DNA of 64,000 bases from Treponemataceae bacterium (GTDB lineage Bacteria > Actinomycetota > Coriobacteriia > Coriobacteriales > Coriobacteriaceae), in contig CAVCKO010000013.1 in the NCBI GenBank assembly GCA_963602825.1, positions 64 through 64,063 on the forward strand. The letters run 5' to 3'. Below the pieces are notes generated by a model, which saw only the letters and a program-made list of their open reading frames with translations, did not search any database and was not told the DNA's origin. This document shows positions 20,105 through 30,051 of this stretch, piece after piece (position 1 is the first letter of the stretch; each line of letters starts with the position of its first letter). A program made the translations under genes and the position numbers.

Positions 20105-23100
20105 ATGGCTAAATGCTCCGAGCGGGCCGGTAACGGCCTGGTGAAATGGAATTGGAAGGGAAGGTTGAGCTGCTTTGGCAGGCTTGCAACGGTTGCGGCG
20201 CTAACGGTCACCATGACGACGCCGACGCTTTTTGCTGGCGAGATTGCCTATGCAGAGACGTTGAGCCAAGATACGGTCGCGGCTCAGGCGGCTTCCGGCT
20301 CGACAAGCGATGCGGATCAGTATCGTCACGGTACCGTCCAAATCGACGCCGATACCGCCAAGGATGGCGTCATCACCCTTAAGAAGGGCCAGACGGCGAC
20401 GATCAGGGTGTCGCCGTATATCCACAAGCAGTACAAGGGCTGCGGCAAGACCGGCTGTCCTGAGAATTGCGAGGCAGAGCACGGTGTTGAGTGCTTTGTA
20501 AAGGGTATGGGTTGCAAGTGCGACCATACTCCGGTCGATCGCCAGGCCAAGGTTACGACGACCATCGACAATCAGGATGTCGTCAAGGCCGGCGACGTCG
20601 TGGCCGATAAGGACTGGAGCAACACCAACACCGATCTTAAGAAAGACGACGCCTACGTCACCAAGAACGGCACCATCACGCTGACTGCCGAGTCCGTGGG
20701 CACCGCGCGGGTTACGGTCGCCGCCGAGACCGACGAGAACGGTGACATCAATAACGCATCCGGCAACACCTCGACCCTGCTCGAGCACTGGCACCCCGCG
20801 ACCAAGACCTACACGGTCAAGGTCGAGAGCGATGAACTCTCCCAGGACGAGAACGGCACCTACGTTATCTCGAACGCATCTGACTACGCTAAGTTCGTTG
20901 AGAAGGTTAATGCTGGCGAGTACAACCTGAACGCCAAGCTCACCGCCGACATTGCGCTCGAGGACGGCAAACTGCCGACCATCTGCACCGCCAAGAGCGA
21001 GGCCACGGCGTTCTCGGGCACGATTGACGGCCAGGGCCACAAGATCTCGGGTATCACGTCGTTCTCCGCCACGAGCGCCCCGGCTCTGGTGGGCTACCTT
21101 AACGGCGGCACCATCAAGAATCTGACGCTCGAGGGCACGGCCAAGGTCACATATATGACTGGCGCTTTCGTCGCCAACGCTTATGCGGGCACCATTGAGA
21201 GCTGCACCAATGCTGTTGCCCTGACGTCGACCAAGGACGTCGCCGGCATCCTGGGCGGTCAGGTGTTTAAGTCGACAGGTGAGGTTAAAATTACCTCCTG
21301 CAAGAACAATGCTGCCGTTAAGACAACCGGTAATTCGAGCGTCGCTGCGGGCATTGCGGCGGTCTCTAACAACGGCCCCTCTCTTGCGATTTCGAATTGC
21401 GAGAACTCGGGTGCTATTGAGTCTGCTAAGACTGCGGCGGGCGGTATTGTCGGCAAAACCGGCGGTAACGCTCTTACGGTTAAGGGCTGCTCTAACAAGG
21501 GCACGGTGACCGTTGGTGGCACTGGTGTGGCTGGCGGCCTTGTTGCCAAGATCGAGGGCGGCAAGGGTAGCGTCGTAGTCTCGAATAGCTACAATGCCGG
21601 CGAGATCAAGAGCAGCAACACTGGCGCTGCTACTGGCGGTCTCGTTGGACAGTCGGTGACGAGCACTAATAGCGTCAAGGTGAGCAACAACTTCAACGCT
21701 GGCAAGATTACGGTTGCCGATGGCGAGAATGCCAAGGCCGGTGCCGTGTTCGGTTACATCAGCGCGAGCGGTGCGGGTACCACTACCGCCGAGAACGTCT
21801 CTTATCTTAAGGGTGACCTTAAGGGCGTTGGCACAAATAAGAAGGATGACGTGACTGTTGCCGAGAAGACGGCCGACGAGCTTGCCTCTGAGGATTTTGC
21901 CAAGTCTCTTGGTTCCGACTTTAAGATGGGCTATCAGTCCGGTCACCCGATTCTGTCTTGGGAACCCGACGAGCAGGCTCCGGTCAAAGATCCGGTGATT
22001 AAGGCCGACCAAAAGATTCAGCTGCGCCAGTCCGGCGATACGAGCAGTGTCGCTGTAGCGATCGAGGGCGGTACCGACGAGTGGGCTGCTGCGGTTACGT
22101 CGATTAAGGTTACGCCCGTTAAGGGCGACAAGCGTGGCGACACCACGGAGGTCTCCGGCGACCGCATCACCGCTGCAAGTAACTCGATTAAGGTTACGCG
22201 CGATGATTCGAATCCGGTCTTTATCATCGGTGACAACGACGAGTTCAACGCTGGCGCTATCAGCGTTCCCTCTCGCCGCGGTTCGAAGACCTACCCCAAC
22301 TCCAAGCAGTATGAGGTTGTCATTTCCGCCGAGGGGTACAACGATGTGACCGGAACGGTCAGCTTCTATTCCGGAACCTCGAAGACCTTTAAGATCATCG
22401 TCGACGAGGACGGCGACACGTCTACAACCGACGACCAGACGGTCAAGGGTGAGTGGACCGAGGACCAGCTCAAGGCTATGTCCGGCTACGGTTTCTACAA
22501 TGGTTCTTCCCAGTGCGGCATGACCGGGTTCCGCACATTCTCCGGTCACGGTGTTCCGGTCGAGGACCTGATGGAGGCCGCCGGCGTGGAGCCGTCGGAG
22601 AAGGATTCCTACCTCATCGATACCGCCGATCACTATGGCAACAAGCAGACCTACGAGTCGCTCTTTGGTGTCGACCGCTACTTCCTGCAGTCGATTTATA
22701 CCGATAAGGACGTCAAGGACACCTACGCCAAGCTCGTGAAGTCTGACGATGAGGCCGGCTCGACGATTGAGCTGCGCAAGCTGCTCGCATCCAAGGCGGT
22801 GGAGGAGAAGTCCACCGTTAAGCCGATGATCGCGGTCGACTACAACGAGGCCGTGCTGAGCGGCGATGACGTCGCGACCGCGACGCTGCCGGACGCCCTG
22901 AACACGAAGCTCAGCACCACGACGGCGCTCGAGAACCGCTATCGCTTTATCTACGGTATCAAACTCGCCAAGGATGACTGCACGGTCACGTTTAACGCGA
23001 ACGGTGGCAGCGACGTCGCGAGCCAGACGGTTCAGTCGAACCTGATGACTTCGACCGAGAACACGACGTGGTCTTCTAGCTATTGGGTCTATGCGCTTTA

Positions 23101-26100
23101 CGTCTTCCCGAACAAGGGCAAGGGCACCACGGAGGACGCCAACCCCGAGAAGCTGACGGTTCCTGAGAATCCGACGCGCGAGGGCTACACCTTTGCCGGT
23201 TGGTATACCAAGGACGGTACCGAGACCGGTGACTGGGGCGAGAAGTTCGACTTTACGGCCAACAGCGGCACCGTCGATCAGGATACTCAGCTCTATGCCA
23301 AGTGGCATGTCGATAGCGAGACCGTCTCGCAGACCGGCGAGACCGCCCAGGCCTATCGCGAGGCCCAGTACGGCGAGCCGCCCGCGGGCGACTCTAGCAA
23401 CGCTGGTCAGCATGTCAAGGTGACGGTCGCTTTTGACGGTCCGGTTACCGTTACCGACCAGGCTGCTCTCATCAACAGCCTCAAGTTCTCCGTCAGCGGT
23501 GGCGAAAATAGCACGCTGACCGCTACGGCCGACGGCAATAACCTGGTGCTCGATGTTCAGCTTGGCTTTGCGCTTATGGCGGGCTCGCTTAACGTTTCTG
23601 CTGCAGGCGATGACGGCATCCTCGATGGTGTCACCGTCGATGGCAAGCCCGTTAAGCTCGACAAGATCAAGACCTCGGTCGATACCGGCCTGGCCTTTGA
23701 GGCCGTGAGCGTGGTCAAGGGAACGAAGGACACGCCTGCCAGCACCACCTACAAGGTGACCCATGGCGCTAACGTGCGTTCCATGAACCATATCGTGTGG
23801 CTCACCAATAACGGCAAGGGCACCAAGGGCAGCTCCATCCTTGCTAACACCGCCGATTACTCACAGTCCACGTCCGCACATCACCACATGTGGTTTAAGT
23901 TCACCAACCTGGACTCTGCAAAGAGCATCGTAAGCAATGCGTCCGAGTCCCTTGATGCAGCCGGCTACACCGTGATCGACAACGGCGACGGCACCTTTAC
24001 CATCACCGCCAAGGCTGCCAAGCAGGGCGAGATCCTGGGCGCCGCCAACTACACCGATTCGTTCTTTAACGCGACCGGCATCAAGCTGGGCGAAGACGTC
24101 GAGGACGCCGCTCTGCCCACCGATGCCCTCTCCTGCAATCTCGGTATGAGCTTCCCCGAGAAGGCCAGCCAGGTCTCCACGTCCATGGGTCGTTACCATG
24201 GCGGCAAGACCACGTTCTCGCTGACGCCGTCTGCCGATGCGCTGGCCGACTATCAGGAGACGCACGAGGGCGCCGACACCAAGTCCATGCTCAACGACTG
24301 GATCTCTAACATCACGTCCGTGACCATCGACGGCACCACGCTCGAGGGCAAGGCCTTTGACGAGTGGAAGGACCAGCTCACCAACGCGACCGACGACGCC
24401 GGCAAGCTTAATTACTATGAGCTCACCGCCGGTGGTAAGTCCGCCACGCTGACGCTGCCCATCGCCCTGTTTGACACGTCGCAGGAGAAGAGCACCAAGA
24501 ACATCGTCATCGAGTCCAAGGGCTTTAGCACCGTGTCCGGTGACGTGACCTTCCGCAGCCTCAACTCCAACGAGGTTGTCGTGCGCATCCTGAGCGCCGA
24601 TGGCTCCAAGGTCGAAAAGACCACCACGCTCACCATGGACCAGCTTAAGAACCTGCCGGTCCAGAGCGGCTACACCACGGCCGCTAACTGCGGCATGGCC
24701 GGCCTGCGCACCTACTACAGTGAGGGCGTCCTGCTGACCGACGTGCTCAAGGCCGCCGGTGTGAACTTTAACTCCGGTATGACCCTCAAGGTCCGCGTGA
24801 ACGACCAGCTCCAGAGCAACGGCAACGGCACTACGACCGAGGACGGTTATTGGAGCCAGTCCACTTGGACCTATGACGAGCTCATGGGTACTGCCCGCTA
24901 CTATTACCCGGCTATGTGGGACAACACGACCAAGTATGACGAGCTGGGCGGCAAGACCATCTACGAGGTACTCTCCGAGAACAAGAACGCCTGGAAGGGC
25001 GACGACGAGCAGGCGCAGTTCCTGCGCAAGAAGCTCGCCGAGACCGAGCAGCAGGTGAACCCGATCCTCGCCTGGAGCTGGAACGAGAGTGTGCCCTACT
25101 TTGGTGGCACCAACCCCACGGGCTCCTACGATGGCTACAGCCAGCAGCTCGGCATGCGCTTCCTCTATGGCCTGAAGGCCGATGCGAACGGCATCCCCGT
25201 TGACGACAACACGACGTTTGCCAACACCTACGGCGTGTTCGGCATCGATATCCTCGGTGGCACCGAGGTCACCGAGCCCTCCGTCGACACCGACGTTGCG
25301 GTTAAGGGCAACGCCGCCGCCGACATTTCCGACGCTGCCAAGGACCAGGCCAAGCAGGCCGCCGGCGACATCTACAACGATGTTAAGAACGCCAATACCC
25401 CGAGCGGCATGTCCAAGGACGATGCAAAGAAGCTCGCCGATGTGGCTGCGGCCGCCGACGGCGATGCCGGCGATAAGGTCAAGATGGAAATGACCCTTAA
25501 GGTCGATTCCAAGAAGGCCCAGGATGTTAAGGACGACGCTGCCAAGGTCGAAAATGCCGTCAAGGGTAGCGACTATGCATACTTTGACGTAACTCCCACG
25601 GTAAAGATGACGGTGTTCGATAAGAACGGTGCCGTTAAGCAGCAGTCCGAGGACGTTGAGCTTTCCGAGCTTCCGCAAAACGTGAGCATCGCCATCAAGG
25701 TCGATCCCGCCCTGCTTAAGAAGTTCGTGCGCATCGCTCACGTTCACGATGGCAAGGTGACGTTTGTGACGCCGCAGTCCATCGACCGCAAGAACGGCAT
25801 CGTGACGATCTCGCTTAAGGACTTCTCGACCATCGCGGTCGTCGCGAGCGACAAGGCAAATGTCACTATCGATGGCGTGGGCAGCTTCGATGTGACCTAT
25901 GGCGACAAGATCTCCAAGCCGGCCGACCCCACCAAGGACGGCTACACGTTTGGTGGCTGGTATGCCGACAAGGACTGCACGATCCCGTTTGACTTCGACA
26001 GCCCGGTGACCGAGGCGGACGGCGATATTCACATCTATGCCAAGTGGACCAAGAACGAGTCCACGACGCCCGATACGCCGAAGGGCGATAAGACGAAGGA

Positions 26101-26266
26101 CGATAACGGCAAAAAGGCCGATGATGCGGCGGCAAAGAAGACCGCCGACAAGGGCACCCTCGCCAATACGGGCGACCGCACCTTCGCCATTGCCGGTATG
26201 TGTGCTCTGGCCGGTATGGTTGTGATCGGTATCGCTGTGGCCCTGCGCCGCAAGAACGCCCGATAA
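20105..26266 (+). CDS. Giant sortase-anchored surface protein: six-Cys Ig-like domain, GLUG-like beta-helix, 2x [Shr-HID/DUF1533-like + sulfite-oxidase-fold-like], HxH domain, InlB B-repeats, LANTG anchor
   Basis: Signal peptide ending IAYA; CGKTGCPENC...CF...CKC; repeated GGIVG/GGLVG; WxxxITSxxI...IxAEGY; CGM...GVxxxDxxxAAG twice; PTREGYTFAGWY; LANTG-TM-RRKNAR; AAGGAAG RBS before ATG 20105. Confidence 0.88.
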   Translation: MAKCSERAGNGLVKWNWKGRLSCFGRLATVAALTVTMTTPTLFAGEIAYAETLSQDTVAAQAASGSTSDADQYRHGTVQIDADTAKDGVITLKKGQTATIRVSPYIHKQYKGCGKTGCPENCEAEHGVECFVKGMGCKCDHTPVDRQAKVTTTIDNQDVVKAGDVVADKDWSNTNTDLKKDDAYVTKNGTITLTAESVGTARVTVAAETDENGDINNASGNTSTLLEHWHPATKTYTVKVESDELSQDENGTYVISNASDYAKFVEKVNAGEYNLNAKLTADIALEDGKLPTICTAKSEATAFSGTIDGQGHKISGITSFSATSAPALVGYLNGGTIKNLTLEGTAKVTYMTGAFVANAYAGTIESCTNAVALTSTKDVAGILGGQVFKSTGEVKITSCKNNAAVKTTGNSSVAAGIAAVSNNGPSLAISNCENSGAIESAKTAAGGIVGKTGGNALTVKGCSNKGTVTVGGTGVAGGLVAKIEGGKGSVVVSNSYNAGEIKSSNTGAATGGLVGQSVTSTNSVKVSNNFNAGKITVADGENAKAGAVFGYISASGAGTTTAENVSYLKGDLKGVGTNKKDDVTVAEKTADELASEDFAKSLGSDFKMGYQSGHPILSWEPDEQAPVKDPVIKADQKIQLRQSGDTSSVAVAIEGGTDEWAAAVTSIKVTPVKGDKRGDTTEVSGDRITAASNSIKVTRDDSNPVFIIGDNDEFNAGAISVPSRRGSKTYPNSKQYEVVISAEGYNDVTGTVSFYSGTSKTFKIIVDEDGDTSTTDDQTVKGEWTEDQLKAMSGYGFYNGSSQCGMTGFRTFSGHGVPVEDLMEAAGVEPSEKDSYLIDTADHYGNKQTYESLFGVDRYFLQSIYTDKDVKDTYAKLVKSDDEAGSTIELRKLLASKAVEEKSTVKPMIAVDYNEAVLSGDDVATATLPDALNTKLSTTTALENRYRFIYGIKLAKDDCTVTFNANGGSDVASQTVQSNLMTSTENTTWSSSYWVYALYVFPNKGKGTTEDANPEKLTVPENPTREGYTFAGWYTKDGTETGDWGEKFDFTANSGTVDQDTQLYAKWHVDSETVSQTGETAQAYREAQYGEPPAGDSSNAGQHVKVTVAFDGPVTVTDQAALINSLKFSVSGGENSTLTATADGNNLVLDVQLGFALMAGSLNVSAAGDDGILDGVTVDGKPVKLDKIKTSVDTGLAFEAVSVVKGTKDTPASTTYKVTHGANVRSMNHIVWLTNNGKGTKGSSILANTADYSQSTSAHHHMWFKFTNLDSAKSIVSNASESLDAAGYTVIDNGDGTFTITAKAAKQGEILGAANYTDSFFNATGIKLGEDVEDAALPTDALSCNLGMSFPEKASQVSTSMGRYHGGKTTFSLTPSADALADYQETHEGADTKSMLNDWISNITSVTIDGTTLEGKAFDEWKDQLTNATDDAGKLNYYELTAGGKSATLTLPIALFDTSQEKSTKNIVIESKGFSTVSGDVTFRSLNSNEVVVRILSADGSKVEKTTTLTMDQLKNLPVQSGYTTAANCGMAGLRTYYSEGVLLTDVLKAAGVNFNSGMTLKVRVNDQLQSNGNGTTTEDGYWSQSTWTYDELMGTARYYYPAMWDNTTKYDELGGKTIYEVLSENKNAWKGDDEQAQFLRKKLAETEQQVNPILAWSWNESVPYFGGTNPTGSYDGYSQQLGMRFLYGLKADANGIPVDDNTTFANTYGVFGIDILGGTEVTEPSVDTDVAVKGNAAADISDAAKDQAKQAAGDIYNDVKNANTPSGMSKDDAKKLADVAAAADGDAGDKVKMEMTLKVDSKKAQDVKDDAAKVENAVKGSDYAYFDVTPTVKMTVFDKNGAVKQQSEDVELSELPQNVSIAIKVDPALLKKFVRIAHVHDGKVTFVTPQSIDRKNGIVTISLKDFSTIAVVASDKANVTIDGVGSFDVTYGDKISKPADPTKDGYTFGGWYADKDCTIPFDFDSPVTEADGDIHIYAKWTKNESTTPDTPKGDKTKDDNGKKADDAAAKKTADKGTLANTGDRTFAIAGMCALAGMVVIGIAVALRRKNAR

Positions 26267-26280
26267 GGGCACGACGATGT

Positions 26281-26353
26281 AATCGGGGCATTTGAGTGTG
26301 CCCCGATTGCGGGAAAGCCTGGGGGAGGTATGCCGTGTGGCATGCCTCCCTTT
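26281..26353 (+). promoter_or_regulatory. Two intra-operonic hairpins (mRNA stabiliser or leaky terminator)
   Basis: AATCGGGGCA...TGCCCCGATT and GGGAGGTATGCC...GGCATGCCTCCC-TTT. Confidence 0.6.
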
Positions 26354-26378
26354 GGGCGTATATGACAAGGAGAAGATC

Positions 26379-27824
26379 ATGAGACGTATGGGACGAATCG
26401 GCCGCGTTCTGGCGGCGGCAATCGCCGGCGGCGCGCTGGTCGCCACAACGGTGCCGTCGGTTCCGGCATTTGCCTATTTCAACTTTGGCACGGTTTCGGT
26501 TGCGCCGGGCGCAAGCTCGCTTTCCGTCGTCGCCGGCGGTACCGCGTCGACCAACGTCTCGGTCTCTCCCTCGAGCCATGCGCAAACGCAAGGATGCGGC
26601 ATGGCACAGTGTCCCCAGGTCTGCAACGGCGACGGCGCCATCGAGGCTGGTTACAGCTGCTTTGACGCCAACGGCCAGTGCACGTGTGCGGGTACGGCAT
26701 ATACGACGTACACGCCCAACGTGAGCTGCGTCTCGAGCAACGCCGGTGTTGCCAGCGCCTATATGAGCGGCAACACGTTAGTGGTAACTGGCAGATCTGC
26801 GGGCACTGCGACGATTTCCATTTCGGCCTCGCTGCGTCAGTGGTCGACGGGGTCGGCATACGTGACGGTTAACGTCTCGGCACCTCAGCAGTCGAGCGGC
26901 GGCCAGCAGTCGAGCGGCAATCAGCAGTCCGTCGGCGCACAGAGCGGCTCCGCCAAAAACGAAGGCACGGTCAAGGCCAACTCCGCGGGTATCCCCGAGG
27001 CGGCCAAGGCGACGGAGTCAAAGTCCGACGAGCTCAACGAGCAGACGGTTGAGTCCGAGGGCGGTACCGTTGTCATCGTCGAGAACAACTCTCATCTCAA
27101 CACGGCCGAGGAGCTCAAAAAGATTGCGGGCAAGGAAAACACCCAGCTGGTGATTTGGGCGGGCGCATCGTCCGACCAGCCCGATTATTCCTGGACGTTC
27201 CGTGGCGAGGATGTAAACGCCGACGACCCCAACCTCGACTTCGACCCCACCATTAAGGTGTCCGAGCAGGGCGAGGGCACGGCTGCGAATCTGACCAAGC
27301 AGGCCAAGGATTCGCGCGTGCTCGACTTTGCCTACAAGGGCAAGCTGCCGGCAAAGGCTTCGATCTATGTTAAGGCCGGCTCCAAGTATCCGGACGAGAC
27401 CACGCTTTCGCTCTTTAGCTACAACGGCAAGGACCGCGTGTTTAAGAAAGCTCAAGACGACGGCTGCAAGGTCTCCAACGGCTATTTCTCTTTTGAGACC
27501 GATAAGGGCGCGACGTTTGCGGTCTCGACCGATGACCTCGCTTCGTATGAGGTGCGCCAGGAGAACACGCCTCAGGCCGCTAAGAAGCAGAAGGCCGCCG
27601 AAGATAAGGCGGCACAGTCCGCTTCGAGCAGCAATACGCTCGTATACGGTGCTGCCGCCGTGGTCGTAGCGGCTGTCGTTGCCGTTGCGGCCGTAGCGCT
27701 GCACCGCAAGAAGAGCGCCGCTGCGAAGGCCGACCCCAAGGACGCTCCCGTTCAATCGGATACGGCGGATGAGGCAACGGATGAGAACGAAGAATCGGAG
27801 AAGGGCAGTTCGAATGACGAGTAA
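26379..27824 (+). CDS. Exported, C-terminally anchored protein with six-Cys Ig-like domain (paralog A)
   Basis: Signal ending PAFA-YFN; CGMAQCPQVC...CFDANGQCTC; SSNAGVA Big_2-like motif; C-terminal TM plus RKK; AAGGAG RBS. Confidence 0.85.
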   Translation: MRRMGRIGRVLAAAIAGGALVATTVPSVPAFAYFNFGTVSVAPGASSLSVVAGGTASTNVSVSPSSHAQTQGCGMAQCPQVCNGDGAIEAGYSCFDANGQCTCAGTAYTTYTPNVSCVSSNAGVASAYMSGNTLVVTGRSAGTATISISASLRQWSTGSAYVTVNVSAPQQSSGGQQSSGNQQSVGAQSGSAKNEGTVKANSAGIPEAAKATESKSDELNEQTVESEGGTVVIVENNSHLNTAEELKKIAGKENTQLVIWAGASSDQPDYSWTFRGEDVNADDPNLDFDPTIKVSEQGEGTAANLTKQAKDSRVLDFAYKGKLPAKASIYVKAGSKYPDETTLSLFSYNGKDRVFKKAQDDGCKVSNGYFSFETDKGATFAVSTDDLASYEVRQENTPQAAKKQKAAEDKAAQSASSSNTLVYGAAAVVVAAVVAVAAVALHRKKSAAAKADPKDAPVQSDTADEATDENEESEKGSSNDE

Positions 27825-30045
27825 TCGTCTTGCGGGTCCTTTCGCCCACGACATCTTTGAGGCGTTTCGCAGCGCCCTCCCGGTTTTGCTTGCGGGGCTT
27901 GTGACGTTTTGCGTGCTGGTGCCCGTATCGACCTCGATGGTCAACGCGTTCTCGATCTTCAACGTCAACTTTACGCACGACCAGCTCAAGTACCAATTTT
28001 ATGCACAGTCGCTTGGCCCTGTGGTAGATGCGGCGTGCGTTGTGCTCGGCATGGCGCTCGCCCTTGCGCTCTTTCGCTTTGTGCTCGAGAAGCGCTCGAC
28101 AACAGCGTATTTTTCGCTCGGCATCGACCGCCGCGGCCTGTTTTTCTCGCGCGCCCTGGTTGGACTTGTCGGCATTGTAGTTGTTATCGGTGTTCCGCTT
28201 GCGGTATCGCTGGCGCTCAACAGCATGGCACTCGGTATCTACGAGGGGGAGCTTGCGGCCTTTGCCTATGTGGTGGCCGGTTATATCGCCGTGGCGCTGG
28301 TGTCGTTTGCCGTGACGGCGATCGCGACTATGTTTGCAGGCACGCTGTTTGAGGCGCTGGCGTTTAGCGTCATCCTTTTGGGCGGCGTGACCGTGGTTTT
28401 GTGGGGCATCGGCGCCGTGAGCAAGTTCTTGCTGGTGGGCGATGCCATGGGCATCACGCTGTACGACCAGGACGTGACGGTGGCACCGTCGCTTTTGGAG
28501 TCCCTGTCGTGGACCAACCCTGTCGCGTTTTTCCTGACGGAGGGCGCGAGCAAACAGTTTTTCCAAGCGGTCGATCCGGTGTACTATCCCGAGCCCGGCT
28601 CCTGGCAGCTGGTGGCGGGCTGGGTTGTCGTATACCTCATACTGTCCGTGATTGGCGCCGTGGCGCTTGTGCGTCGCTCGGGCGAGCAGGCCGAGATGGC
28701 GGGAAAATCTCCTGTGCTGTCGCTTGCCGCCGTCTGCGTCATCGGGTTTGCCGTGGTCGCGGCGACGGTGACGGCGCTCGGCTCTGTCGATATTGCCGTT
28801 GCCCTCGTGGCCGCTGCGGCGCTTTTCGTGCTGGTTTCGCTGGCGCTGCTCTTTGGGCCCTTCCGCGGGCGTGCGTCGCGTCGGGTGGTAGTTGCCTCCG
28901 TCGCCGCGGAGCTTGTCGTGATGGCCGCGGCGATCGGCGCGATTGCGGCGGGCGGCTTCGGGTACGCGAGCTATATTCCGTCCACCGAGGACGTGGAAAG
29001 CGTCGAGATTTCGTATGACGGATCACCGAGCTATCTCTCGAGCAATTTCTCCGGCGTGTCCGGCGGTACGTCCTATTACTTCACGGCCACGCGAAGCTAC
29101 GGCGAGGCGTCGACGGTCGACTCGATTCGCTCCATCCATCAGCAGCTCATTGCATCGGCCCGCGATGCATGGGAGACCGATACCGAGAGCTTTGAGCAGA
29201 CGGTCGTACCCTACGACATCTCGATCACCTACCATCTTAAAGACGGCGGCACGGCCGTGCGCTATTACCGCCAGGCGACAGTCGGCGAGCTTTCGGCTCT
29301 TTGCGCCCTGGATAACGATGCGCATGCCAAGGTGCTGCGCCGGGCTGTCGTGACGGGGGATACCGCCGAGCTTACCAAGGACGAAGTGTCCGACCTGTGC
29401 GAGTCGCCCTCCTATGCGGCGTATCGAAGCGGTGCGCTATATGTTGCGGACGGCATTCTCAACCAGATTGTGCCGGTCGACCTTACCGCGGCCGATCGCG
29501 CTTCGCTCCAAAAGGCCATAGCCGACGACCTCGACCGCCTTTCGGCAAGCGACATCTATGCTCCCAAGTCGCAGACGCGTGCGGTGATTATGTTCACGAC
29601 GGCATCCGAGGTCGATGTCGCCTCGTTTGGCTATTCGTTTAACAATGCCCTTTCGTATGTGACGGATAGCTGGACGAGCACGATGGCTTGGCTCGAGGAC
29701 CACGGCGTGCTGGCACAGATCGGCAATGGCGAGATCGACCCTCGCGTCATTGAGGGTATGACGTTTGAGGCGGATGACCCCTATGCTTCCGTGAACGCCG
29801 TCACCTCGCCGCAGGCCCGTTACTTTATGGGCTATCGCAAGGAGAATGCGGGCAGTTTTTGGGTCACGCAGGACTTTGGCGCGCAAAAGACGGTGTCGGA
29901 CCAGGAGGATATCGCAAAGATCGTGCCCAACCTCCGCATGGGGTATGGCATGGACGGCGGGTACCTGGTCCAGCTTAAGCTGCGCGGCCTCGAGGCGTAT
30001 GTGTACTGCTATCTTCCGGCCGAGCTTGCGCCGGATGACCTGTAA
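27814..30045 (+). CDS. Large multi-pass ABC permease (exporter type) with C-terminal soluble domain
   Basis: About 10 hydrophobic segments, YFSLGIDR...F EAA-like loop, ~350-aa hydrophilic C-terminus; directly upstream of an ABC ATPase. Confidence 0.8.
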   Translation: MTSNRLAGPFAHDIFEAFRSALPVLLAGLVTFCVLVPVSTSMVNAFSIFNVNFTHDQLKYQFYAQSLGPVVDAACVVLGMALALALFRFVLEKRSTTAYFSLGIDRRGLFFSRALVGLVGIVVVIGVPLAVSLALNSMALGIYEGELAAFAYVVAGYIAVALVSFAVTAIATMFAGTLFEALAFSVILLGGVTVVLWGIGAVSKFLLVGDAMGITLYDQDVTVAPSLLESLSWTNPVAFFLTEGASKQFFQAVDPVYYPEPGSWQLVAGWVVVYLILSVIGAVALVRRSGEQAEMAGKSPVLSLAAVCVIGFAVVAATVTALGSVDIAVALVAAAALFVLVSLALLFGPFRGRASRRVVVASVAAELVVMAAAIGAIAAGGFGYASYIPSTEDVESVEISYDGSPSYLSSNFSGVSGGTSYYFTATRSYGEASTVDSIRSIHQQLIASARDAWETDTESFEQTVVPYDISITYHLKDGGTAVRYYRQATVGELSALCALDNDAHAKVLRRAVVTGDTAELTKDEVSDLCESPSYAAYRSGALYVADGILNQIVPVDLTAADRASLQKAIADDLDRLSASDIYAPKSQTRAVIMFTTASEVDVASFGYSFNNALSYVTDSWTSTMAWLEDHGVLAQIGNGEIDPRVIEGMTFEADDPYASVNAVTSPQARYFMGYRKENAGSFWVTQDFGAQKTVSDQEDIAKIVPNLRMGYGMDGGYLVQLKLRGLEAYVYCYLPAELAPDDL

Positions 30046-30051
30046 GGCGGA

